DNA of 63,355 bases, counting the filler, from Pelomyxa schiedti (Eukaryota; Protista; Evosea): NCBI GenBank assembly GCA_020536535.1. It is 7 parts of 7 records of this genome, joined end to end, with 100 filler letters (N's around TTAATTAATTAA, not from the genome) between each part and the next. Parts side by side here need not be neighbours in the genome. Positions count along the whole stretch, not along the records: positions 1 to 29,666 come from JAHLWZ010001010.1; 6 more parts are not named here. One strand, written 5' to 3'. Shown here piece after piece: positions 1 through 11,055 of this stretch. How positions within the stretch are numbered: the stretch's first letter is position 1; each line of letters starts with the position of its first letter. Position numbers and translations under genes: made by a program. The notes under the pieces were generated by a model. It was not told the DNA's origin, did not search any database, and saw only the letters and a list, made by a program, of their open reading frames with translations.

Positions 1-420
1 AACGAGCACTTTGGCAGCAGGATTATCGATGTGAATGCTCTTGAGAATAGTGGCACCATCGTTTGTCACAGTTACAGCCTCAGCAGCACCCGAACCTGAC
101 CCCAGCAAAATTTTATCCTGTGCATAGAGTTTTTGGTGAGTTTTAGCAATGTTGAATTACATAGTGTAAGGAAGCAACAAAACAAACACACACCATTCCA
201 AAGGGACCCAGCGTAGTTTTTACCATGTCCGTAACAGCAATAGCCCCAACGAAAGACGACTAAATTGTGGGAACAAAACAAAAGGTAAGTACGAGGGCGA
301 TTGCTGAATCGGGTTATCCCATAATCAAAACGACGAGGTAGATCGCGGTTGTACCACTCTCGCACCCTCGGTGCCGGTCTCTATCGTGTCCTCTCTAACT
401 ACGCTCATTGGTTTCGCCAT
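1..420 (-). CDS. CCT2: T-complex protein 1 subunit beta (5' part, runs off the window)
   Basis: Spliced translation [22 protein letters not shown]|[22 protein letters not shown]|[39 protein letters not shown] has the chaperonin TLGPxGMDK and TNDGATIL motifs and the CCT-beta-type SFxGAIA. Confidence 0.92.
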
Positions 421-668
421 CGTGACTTAGTGTCGCACCACCGATCTAATTTATTTTCTTTGTCTTTCAGGTGCAACTGAACAGATCTGTCAGAGGAATG
501 AACTTGATTCTCCCTGGAAGGTGTGTCGTGGTGACACAGTGTCTCTCTGCTGTGTTTATGATCATCCCAGTGTCGACAGTACCTGCAAAACACTTGTTTC
601 CTCATGTTATCCCATAAGAGCCGTTTCCAGCCTTGTTTTTTAACGCTGTGCGGTGAAGCTTAGAACTC

Positions 669-890
669 ATACCTTCTCGGCCTTTTGGCTAAGATCAAGT
701 GTAGTATCTGTTCTTTTCAGCTTAATATCTGAAAGCTGCCCATTGGGTAGCATCGATATTAAACTTATTTTTCGTGGGGTCGCAGGGGGTGCCTGGCTGG
801 TGGTGGGGCTTGCTCCGCCGCCATGCTGGGTGCCCTCCTGATTGCCCAGGCACTGCACTGCCGCCTCGTGTGGTCAGCCCCACACCCCCA
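669..890 (+). ncRNA. U2: U2 spliceosomal snRNA
   Basis: 5' end ATACCTTCTCGGCCTTTTGGCTAAGATCAAGTGTAGTATCTGTTCTT matches the conserved U2 5' end with branch-point recognition GTAGTA; Sm-like ATTTTTCG at 767-774; stem III with GCTTGCTCC; stem IV loop ACTGCACT; 3' end approximate. Confidence 0.96.
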
Positions 891-952
891 ATAACAAAAA
901 AAAAAAAGCAAGTAGGAACATAAAAAATGGACTCATTAATTATTTTTACTTT

Positions 953-2565
953 CTAATGTGTGGCTAGGGGATACTCCTTTGCGGAGAAGTCAATGTGGAA
1001 TGCGGTGAGTGTGGATGACGATGGGAGGCCGAGGTCACTGCTGGTGAGGTTTATTGAAAGTGGTGGGGGTGGGGGTGAGCTGTTTGATAGGCCTGTGGGT
1101 GATGCTACTTTCTTGGCCAGGCTGTAGCTTGGAATGGTGGCCCTGATGGCCACGCCAGAGGCGTCGGGCTTTTCTGGTAAGTGAAAGTCTAGCGTGATAA
1201 ACTGGCTGCAGGAATACAGGTTCCTTTCAAAGACACATAATTGCATATGAGCACCACTGGGGGATGCCGGGGTGGCTTGAAGACTCCATCTAAGGGTTTT
1301 GGAAGTGGGTTTCCCTCGAAGGTAGGTAACCTCGCATTCAGTTCTATCCGACTGGCCCCAATAATTTGGGTAGGGGGGGTGGACTGTTTTGAATTCAACG
1401 CGAATGAGGCACTTCACCTCACTTGCAATAGCTACACATTAGTTAGATTGTACTTGAAAGTAACTTAGTACCGCAGTGAATGGCTGCTCTTAGATTTCGA
1501 GACACCTTTCGACAACTAAGGAGAGTCTCTGCAGGAAGATACGCCATAATCACTTGCAACAAGCAAAGAGGTAAATCCAGCAAGTGAGTTCCTACAAGGA
1601 TTTGAGTATTTTACCTCCTCGGTAAAGTAAAGTTGGATGGGAAAAACCATGATGCACAGAAATCTCCTCTAAAAGAAGGCTGAATGAAACCCGAAACCTA
1701 TCGTAAGCGCAAAGTAGCTGGAGCATAATCCGGTGTTAAGTGGGTTATTTGGATTGCAAACCTTTTGCTTTGAGACAGACTGTGAGAAATCTAGACGTCT
1801 GAACGCATTCAGGGAGAACTTTCAAGTGGTTAGGAGACATATATTAAACTACAAAATGCAACCTGCTCATTTGCCCAAACCTGCTCCAGGAGGGCGTGCT
1901 TCCTCTGAGATAAAGCACCAACAGTCTCAGCTGTAAGTGCAGAAAACTTTTCCTCGACTTCTCTCAATATCTTATCTCTCTCCTGAATTCCAGAGCAGAA
2001 CCCCGAGGTTAATAAGTAGAGTAAAGAAGTCAACGCAGCAACCGTAGCCGTGGCAGATATCAAGTTACTAGCCACGGCCGTCACATATCCCAGCAGCGTC
2101 TGCTCCTCCCTCCTCCCCCGTGTCTCCTCCGCCTCCTCCTCCTTCATCGCCGTCGCCGTCGCCACCGTGCCGTCACCATCCGTGCCCTCAATTGGTTTGT
2201 GCTTGTGCTGCCGCATATGTTTTTCCTCGGTGTTTGTGGAGGCAATGTCATTCACCGGCACCGCTTCCGTGCGCGTGTCGACCCTTGCCTCTGCCTCTGC
2301 CGTTGTTGTTAATTTGGAAGCACACGAGGAGGCGGGCGACGATGGGGGGGCGCACTCCTCGGCCCCCGCGCCACCACAACCGCCGCCACAACCACCACCA
2401 TCACTGCTCTCACAGATCTTGCTTGTTGTGCTCGTGTCGATCTTGTCGCTTATCCGGGTAGGCTGCTCTGTGTATTACTATTTATTATCCTGGATAAATC
2501 AGTGGGGAGGACCCCATATGCAAATGAATATCTTCCCGGGTGCACTTACACTAATAACCAACCAT
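953..2565 (-). CDS. F-box domain protein with coiled-coil region (multi-exon; start uncertain)
   Basis: Exon near 1490-1590 translates LLDLPLCLLQVIMAYLPAETLLSCRKVSRNLR (F-box consensus); flanking open exons at 953-1417 and ~1860-2470. Confidence 0.65.
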
Positions 2566-2647
2566 TGGATGGGGAGTTGTGAGTGGGAAAAGGGCCTTTC
2601 TTCACATCAAACAAATTTATACGTTTTTTTTTTTTAATTAAATTATT

Positions 2648-3990
2648 TCACAGCAGAGCAAGGAAAACGAAACAGAAAGCCAGCCCAAGACCAAAAGGGA
2701 CACTGTGTGAGCCAAAGCTGCTGTCCTCATCGTTTATGCATGCTGGGGTTCCGTCATCCATAGAACAATGACAGTCATTGCTGTTGGTGTCAGAGCATTC
2801 ATAAGCTCCTCCTTTGCACTGTCCACAGCTCTTAGTTGCTGTGTGTAGGTAAGAAGATATAAAGGGCGAGAGAAAACGCACTAGTTGTGCTGCTAGAGCT
2901 TGTTTCTGTAGTGTGAGAGGACTCTTTTGCAGTTGAGCTTTGGGTTCCATAAAAATCGGCAGGTGGGTTGGGTGGTGCTGGGTATGTCTTGTTCCCGCAA
3001 ATATAAGGGACTGCAAAGGTTACGTTCCTCTTTGGGACAGCCCCTAGTACTCTGCCTCCTGATACTCCTGCGAGAGTAATTGACATGCCTTTTGAGGAAT
3101 TAAGTAAGATTTGTAAGAAATTATTGCCCGATAACCTGCCATGGTTGTAACACCGCCACTGCCAACAAATACATTGGTTCCAGCTTGGAAGTAGTAATCC
3201 ACTTGTGTAGAATAAGAAAGCTATCAAATGATGGAATTGAACTCACTGTAGTCAGTAGCTCCTTGGGCAAAGTGGAACTTGTCACAATTAACATTATTGA
3301 AAGTAACAGTTCCCGCGTATGTACAGTTACCAGCCGGGGCAATGCTTGGCAATTCCGTAATGTTGGCTATCGTGCAACTTGATAGGTCCGCAGGGAAGGT
3401 AAATGATTTCCCCTAAAAAAAAGTAACTGTTAGCGTCATAGGGAGAAATCCTTGAAGCCACACAAGGTCGACTCGGTACAGAGTGCTAGTAATTATCATC
3501 AGCAAAGAGGGCATAAACCGCGTTTGATTCACATAGAACAGTGCAACTTCGTAGTCGTACCTGTTTGTACGGTCAGCATTCCAGTTTAAACCGAATGGAA
3601 TTTGTTATTTGTTTTAGCTCCCCCACCCCTTCGCGGTTAATCATCTTGATTCATTTTAACAAAAAACAAAAATATAAAATCTTATGTGTATTTCTTAATA
3701 GTAAAAGACTGCTTTCTACGCAACATTATAGTCTGAGCCACTCTGCCACCGACTTGTCCCATAAGTGTGGCCAGCGTTACTATCCCCTGGGTTACGGCCG
3801 GAGGTTGCACAGGAAAGTTACTACAGGCTATAGCCCGGCCCTCCCTCAGGTACCCGGCCGTCCCATAATCGATTTCGTCGGCGCTGGCGAGGCCCACCAT
3901 TGCCATCACTGCCGCAGTTACCATCGCCCATCTCACCAACGACGAAATTGACGAGCAGGAGCCTTGTAGGTGACATGAATGCCCGGACAT
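2648..3990 (-). CDS. Secreted, probably GPI-anchored surface protein of unknown family
   Basis: Hydrophobic signal (MVTAAVMAMVGLASA), spliced body, S/T-rich linker, Cys-rich segment (CGQCKGG..CSD..CHC..C) and hydrophobic C-terminus VPFGLGLAFCFVFLALL*. Confidence 0.65.
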
Positions 3991-4567
3991 ATTGTATTTG
4001 TTGTTATGGGTTGGTGGCTCCGGTGTCGTTGGGCACGTGAGTGGGTTGGTTGGTTTTGATGTTTTTTTATTATTATTTTCTCTCCTGGTGTTGTGCACCA
4101 ACACTAACACAGATCGCGAAAAAGCGCTTTCGTGGAATGCAAACCATCAAGAGATTCTCCTCTCCAAGATCGGATGAAGAATCCCACCGCGGGTACCACA
4201 AGATGTGGAGGGATACCGTCTTCCTCAGAAGCATGGGGGAGAGCCCCAATCGCTGCTTACATGAAAGCCGGTTCTTTGAACTTGGAGAAACAAACAAAAA
4301 ACCGTATCGGGGCATCGATACCACCGCCGTCCCATAATCAAAGCAGTACAACGCTTCTCTCTCGCGATCCATAGCCAACGCCTCGTGTGCGCCACTACAA
4401 CAAGACCCCCTTGTTGTCGTCCAAACAAGTCATAAACGATCCATCAAACAGTCGACAACAACAACAGCATACTTGTGGCACACAACATATAACCCCCCCC
4501 ACCCTATCACGTCGCCGACGTAGATCAATCAATATTCGTTGAGTTGTTGACAAGTCCGTCAGGGGGA

Positions 4568-5600
4568 ATGTCGTCAGCAGCGAAACCCATCAAACTCGTG
4601 ATGTTGGGTGGCACCGGTGTTGGAAAAAGTGCGCGTTGTTGCTGTCGTTTGTTTGTGTGTGTTTCGGTGTCATTTGGTCCTAATTGCCAATTATCGTAAC
4701 GCTCTGGTGATGTGCTTGGTAAATGCCAATATGTTTACGTGTATCTCTTTTTTTTTCTACTTTATTAACGTGTACATCTAGGTGCCATCACTATAAGGTA
4801 ACTTTTTTTTTTTTGAATTAGTGTTTTATTTATGTTTTCTAATACTGGATCAGATTTGTGCATGACCGCTATGATACTGATTACAATCCAGTGAGTGAAT
4901 TTACTTTTTTTATTTTTATTTTTTTTTTCTGATTGCCCCATCAGACAATTGAGGTTTCTTTACGCAGCCACCTTGGAAGTTTCTTATCTCAATGCAGAAC
5001 TCATTCCAAAAATCGTTCAATGTTGATTCTGTCAACCACAACTTAGAAATACTAGACACTGCGGGAACTGAGCAGTTTGTTGGCACGTCTCAACCCAACA
5101 AGACATCTTTACTAATGTTTTGCAGCAATGAGAGAATTGTATATCCGTACTGGCTCCGGGTACTTTTCATGTCTCCTCACCTCGATTTTTTCAATTTCAC
5201 ACTTTAGGTTCATGCTTGTGTATGCCGTGAACTCGCAGGCTTCTTTCAAATCATTACCGGCGGTTATTTCCCAAATCAGATCACAGAAACCTGATTTTTC
5301 ACTTGCCATTCTCGGGAATAAATGTGACTTGATGGACTCTGACCGAACTGTATCCAAAGCGGTTTGTTTCCTCCTGCATTTTCCACAGTAAACAATTCAA
5401 TCAGGAAGGAGAACAGTATGCCAGAGAGAACGGGGCAAAGTTTTTGTGTGTATTCCAAGTTAAAAAACACATCAGGACTAACAATTTCTAGTGAAACAAG
5501 TGCCCGTAACAACATCAACATACAACAAGCATTTTCCCAAATGGTCCGGGATTTGGGGCCAAAAATTGCCCCTAAAGGGGGGTGCTGTGTATTGTTATAA
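4568..5600 (+). CDS. Ras/Rap-family small GTPase
   Basis: Spliced motifs GGTGVGKS, YNPTIE, DTAGTEQF (Rap-type Thr), NKCD, ETSA and CAAX CVLL*. Confidence 0.93.
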
Positions 5601-5682
5601 CCTAAAAAGCCATGTGTCCAATAAATTATGTGCAAAGAAAAAGTCTCCTCATCTATTTCAAATAATAATTTTGTTTGGCGTT

Positions 5683-6579
5683 CTATCCAAGAATTTTAAT
5701 ATTCTCAGGTAACCTTTTGGCGGCAACTGGTTTTTCGTCAGCATAACCAATAGAAGCCATTATGGCCACTTTCTCCTGTGGCAGTGTAAGAACGATTGTT
5801 TGGCTAATTTCTTAAGAATTGGACACTTACATGAGCGGGCATTCCAAATGGCTTCCTCATATCGTCCTGTGAGGTGACGTGAATGCACCCGACAACGCAG
5901 GAAGCCAGTCCCAGCTCATGTGCTAGCAGAAGAATGTTTTCAAGTGCCATTCCAACATCCAACTCAGTCCGCACCTTAACGCGAATGAAATTAAAATTAA
6001 GTTACCATTCTACGACAGCAACAACAACAAAAAAAGGATATCCGTACCTTTTCTTTCATTGCATGCTCCTTGGTGGTATCGATTGCCACTGCGATGACAA
6101 CAGGCGCATTGTAGAAGCACGGCTGTGTCTTGAAGTTTGGAATAATGGCTCCAACCTCAAGAATACGTTCAGAGAGTTCCACAGAAAAAATGCATAATAA
6201 GCCTCATACCTTGTTGGAGAGTTCACTGAGTGCCTCCTGGTTCTTTGTGGCATAAACACGCAGTGGTTGTGCATTCACACCTACGGTCATAATATCAATA
6301 TTAATGAGTATATGAATAACTGTTATTCATCGTTGTTAATAGGACCCCTTGTTTTTTTAACATGTGTAAAATGTGACAATGAAAATAATACCGGAAGGGG
6401 CCCATAATCCGGCCCGCAGTAGTCTCTCTATAACCCCATCGGGTACCCCAACGTTCGTGTACCTGGATCCCATAAGTTTGTTTATATGAAGGTAGCTGTT
6501 ACGTAGCAACCAACCTCCTTACAGATCGTCTCTCGAGAATCGCGCGTTCTACGTTGTTACCACTGCCCGTTGCCGACAT
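5683..6579 (-). CDS. Nitroreductase-family FMN oxidoreductase
   Basis: Spliced motifs ILERRSVR, AGLWAPS|GMNAQP, FYNAPVVI, DVGMALENILLLAHELGLASC, SIGY. Confidence 0.88.
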
Positions 6580-6868
6580 TGCCGTCGATTGATTTTCGAT
6601 GCCTTTCCTGGAGCTTGATGCTTGTTTTTTCCCTTTTTTACAAAGCGGAGAGAACCAACAACTACACCACTCGTCTTTTCACTATGCTATGTGGTTTAGC
6701 CCCCATGGACTATGATGGTTGGCGTGAATTGGTGCGCTGATTGATGAGGGTGAATATGACTGTGTTTTCATTTTTTCAGCAGTCTTGTTCTTGCTGTGCA
6801 TGATTAATACACCAAATCAAAGACACCTAATCGTAAACAAAATCAAGTGATTGAGAAAAGCAAGACAA

Positions 6869-7057
6869 GAAATTACCCTGTCCATGGCCGGATCACCCAC
6901 TACCGTGCCCGTGCGTGGGTGCTTGGCATTTCCTGGTGCTTGTGGTCTGTCACCGTTAGGGTTGTTCTTGGTGTCAAGAAACACAAGCACCAGGAAATGC
7001 CAAGCACCCACGCACGGGCATGGTAGTGGCTGATCCAGCCATGGAGAAGGTAATTTC
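6869..7057. repeat. Long near-perfect inverted repeat (~190-nt hairpin); candidate pre-miRNA/hairpin RNA or MITE
   Basis: ~76-bp arms (GAAATTACC...GCTTGTG / CACAAGC...GGTAATTTC) with 5 differences; the loop-proximal ~39 bp pair perfectly. Confidence 0.9.
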
Positions 7058-7951
7058 TGTGTTTTCTATGGCGCACTACAAACTCACTCACACAGGTTTC
7101 GGTAGCTGTTAGGAGATGCTTGGAAGCTGCCCTAAGTTTCAACTGTTGAGGTGTCATACTGATTGATACAGGTTTTTTTTTTTATATGGGTGTGGGCAAA
7201 AAAAAAGGGAAATTCATACAGTTACTACTATTTTGGTTTGTTGTTTATAAACTACAATGAGAAATGACTTTTTTTCCCTGTCAAGGGTACTTAATTCCGA
7301 GTGTACTATTGGAAAAGCATCTAGTATTATGTTCCGCTTTTTCATACATCTTTGTTGGCAGTGGCATTGAAATTGAACAGTTGCTTTCTTTGCGTGGATA
7401 TTGATTGCACTCATGTAGATGTTAGAATGTGCGTATACACAAACGGAGCAAAACTGGTATTCCACAGAATCGACCCAGATCCAAATGAACTGTGCCGTTT
7501 TGTTGCCACTGTAATAAAGGAGATTCCTGTATGTGTGATCTCCACAGACAGAGCAACCCCATGTAACGCGGTCCCAGTATGTTCACCAGATATTTTCATC
7601 CATTAATCAGAAAGCAGTTTGTTGATGTACTGGAACCTTACAATCCAAGATTGCAACACTACTTTGATTGCTTTGCTGATATTCATGACCTGCCTGTACT
7701 GAACATAGAACTCACCACAGGTGCCATCTTCTCGTCTTTGACCAATAAGTAATGTTATCCAGGGGAATTCCCAAATTACACAAATGCCACTGAATCTGCC
7801 AAGCCCAAACAACCACCACGAAATAAGGTTATTCACCCCAAGTTAGAAAAGCCTAAAGACTGGAGAGGTGAAAAAAAAGAAAAATAAAAAGCACCGAGAA
7901 AGCAAGACCACAAAGACCGTGAAGAATAAATTCATTTTGCCTCCTGGGGCC

Positions 7952-10738
7952 TTACAAGTTGTGGTTAGGAAGGGGGTAGGAAGTAGAAGGATGAGTGGGA
8001 GTCTGAGGAGGGGATGGAGTGGGTGACAGCACTTGTGGTGTAGCCGGGTGTGAGGGCGTTTCTGGCGTGGTTGGTTGTGTGATTGTGGATGTGGTTGCTG
8101 TCGGTGCAACGGGTGTTTGGCTGGAAAATTCCAGGTGCCTGGTGACATGCACGAGCTGTGCGGTCCGGCTGTCTGTGACATATGGGACAAGCAGCCGATG
8201 CTGTAGAAGCTGCACGGCCGTCGGTCTGGCTGAGAATTCTGGATTCATCATTCCCTCGATGAGCTGAAAGGATGTGAGCAGAGGGCGGGGGAGGGGCACA
8301 AACCTGCTCAAGTTCCCTGGTGTAAGGCCAGTTGTGGTGTGAGGGGAACATAACTTTACCATCTCTGAGTAGGTGGAAAGCCTCTCCCTGATAGAAAAAT
8401 GAGTACAACCTGGCGAGTACAAAATTACAAACATACAGTACGGGGCAGAATATAATGAGTAACTATTTCGAACATCATAATTCCAAGACTAAAAATATCA
8501 CAGAAGTAACCATAGTTCTCTTTCAAGCACTGTTGGTCCATGTATGCACTGTCCCCTTTGGAATAAGATTTAACAGGGGGAAATGGGAGCGATTGGGCTA
8601 CCTTCACTCTTGTCTCTGTCCTTTACATGGGAGGAGTTGCCAAGATCGGCGATTTTAAGAATATCTTGTGCATCAAAAAGGCCTGTGTTATGTATTAGGA
8701 ATGATTTGAATCTGAGTGAGGTGTCCTAGAATGGCATACAATTTTCAGGTTTGATATCTGGGAGATTATTTTTAGCAAAGCAACACAGGAATTACCGAAC
8801 ATACCTAAGTGCATAATTTGATGTCTGTGCATGTGTGCAAGTCCCTGAGAACGATTAACGACTATTTCAACAAGTAAACACACTGCATTCAAGTTTTACC
8901 TGCGCAATCCAACTGCACCAGCGCAACACGGTATCTTGAGGAAGGTGATAATCTTGAGAGTCTGGATCCAGGTGTGTATCAATGTGTTGGGAGAGGCGTT
9001 GCTTTAAGCTGCCGTTGGGACACAATTGAACAAGTATATGTGTGTGAAAGTTCTCTTCCCTGTAAAACCATAAGTACCAAGCCTGTTGGATAAAAAAACG
9101 CACCACAACTCATAAATTTGTACAATATTTACATGCTGACCTGGACATAGATGTTAAGGACATTGCTTGGAAATAATTCTTCTTTTACCTAAATTCTTGG
9201 TGTTGTAGTACTCTTTCCCTGAAGAGCTCTTAGACGTTTTGCGGTATATTTTCAAGGCATAACGTTGCCGCGTCTTTTTACTTTCTACTTCGAAGACCTG
9301 TTTTTTGATAAATATGTGCATGAATTGCATCTCTGACCTCTCCAAAGGAACCAGCACCGAGTTTGCATACAGTAGTAAAATCACAAGTTCTAACTCCAGA
9401 GTTCTCAAGAGATGGAATTTTGGGTGGGGCAGTTGGTGGAGGAGTCCTTCTCATGGAAGGAGTCATTTTTTGTGGTGTTGGTGGTGCTGGTGCTGTCTGT
9501 GGACTTTCAGCCCGTTTCCTTTTTGTTCGGAACATCTCAACATCCATGCGCATAGGAGTAAGACATGTATCCTGAGTCTCGCTACGGGGTACCGATTGGA
9601 AACCACTCAAGAGAGGCAGAGGCTTTGACATTTTAGGGGTGGTTGATAGTGGAACTGAATGGATAGTTATCGTTGGGAGGTTTACTGGGTACAATATAGT
9701 GCTCCTTGTTGCACAAGATTGTGGAGCACTGACGTGGTTTAATGTGGGACTAGAGGGCTGCGGTATACTGATGGGATTAGTGTCAACAATAGGCTCAGCA
9801 CTTGAGTCTCCCTGCGATTCCTCTTCGGAACCAATAAATAAACGCCGAACTGGAGATGGCCCATAGTCATTGTCAGGATTTAAGGGAGCTGCTGTGTCAG
9901 TCTTTGTAAGGATGCCTTGTGGTGTGCCGTCACTGTGGCTGGTTACATCTGCTCCACGGTCAGTGTTGTATGTATTGCTACTAGGAGTGCCATCATTTAA
10001 CAGAATAGATGTGCCCGCACCATAACTGTACGCTGGAGGAGCCAGGTGCTCCTGAACGTACAAGGGTGGGGGAGTAGGGGGTGGCAAAGATGACAGCAGT
10101 GTACTGCCGCTATCCGCGTGTGGCTGAATTGGTGTTGAGAAAGGACCAAAGGGAGACGAGCCCACCATGTGAGGTACTTGTTGCAAGGGAGTTATTGGAG
10201 GTGTTGTGTTACTGAAAATCGGTTGTGGTTGCGGTGAATTGAAGAGGCACTGAGGAGAGAAAAGAAAAGCAGCAGGGGAAGGCGGTGGTGGTAGAGGTGG
10301 CACGAGCTGCCTCTGTTGGTCATGTTGCTGCTGGTCGTTAGAACAACCGTTGGGGGAAAAAAGGTTTCCCGTTGGAGCTGTACAATTGCTGGCGTTGTGT
10401 GTATTTTGTGGGAGTTGTTGTCGCCGCCGGCATTTTGCGGCTCGGGAAGGCGACGGCGGGGGAGTCGTGCTGGTTGTGCCCAGACTTCTGCTGCTATTGT
10501 TTGTGTCTGTACTTATCATGGGCATCAACGCGTTTGTAGTGTCGTGGTGCGGTTGTGAGATCTGAATAGCGATCTGCGGGTGTTGTTGCGGCTGTGCTTG
10601 TGGCATAATAAACTGACGATGATTGAGAGGTGAAGGTGAGGGTGAGATCGCGCTGGTGTCTACTACTACGTCATTTGTACATCGTGATGCGGCGGTACCG
10701 TCAACGGCACCATCACGTAGATGATAGATCGACATCAT
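7952..10738 (-). CDS. Wee1/Myt1-family CDK-inhibitory kinase
   Basis: Long S/T/P-rich N-terminus, then LGAGSFGEVF, YALK, HLDIKPEN, KIADLG, GDSAYM, DIFSLG, LPRTGEAFHLLRDG. Confidence 0.85.
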
Positions 10739-11055
10739 CGGAGATCTGGTGTGACACCTTTTTTCTTTTAGTTTGTTTTGAAAAAATGAAGCTGCAACGA
10801 ACTCGGTGAAAACGAATCGTTCCTTGATTTGATGACATTTAGGTTGCTATTTTGGGGTTTTTTCTTTTTGCAAAAAGGCGCAAAAAGGGTGAGCTTGGTG
10901 TTTTGTGTTTGTTTGTTACAAAGGTTTTACACTCTTTGTTTTATGAAGGTTGGGATTGGTAATTACCAAAACGCGTGTGTGCTGTTGTATGGGAATAACA
11001 AATCACGTACGGCCAACTTTGTACAAGTAGGTTTTGTGCAGTTGCATGTCAATGG

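Noticed and set aside
653-858. Short ORFs on both strands
   Set aside because: They overlap the U2 snRNA gene
4161-4288. Hammerhead ribozyme (minus-strand GTA...stem...CTGAGGA)
   Set aside because: The required GAAA plus stem III pairing after stem II is missing
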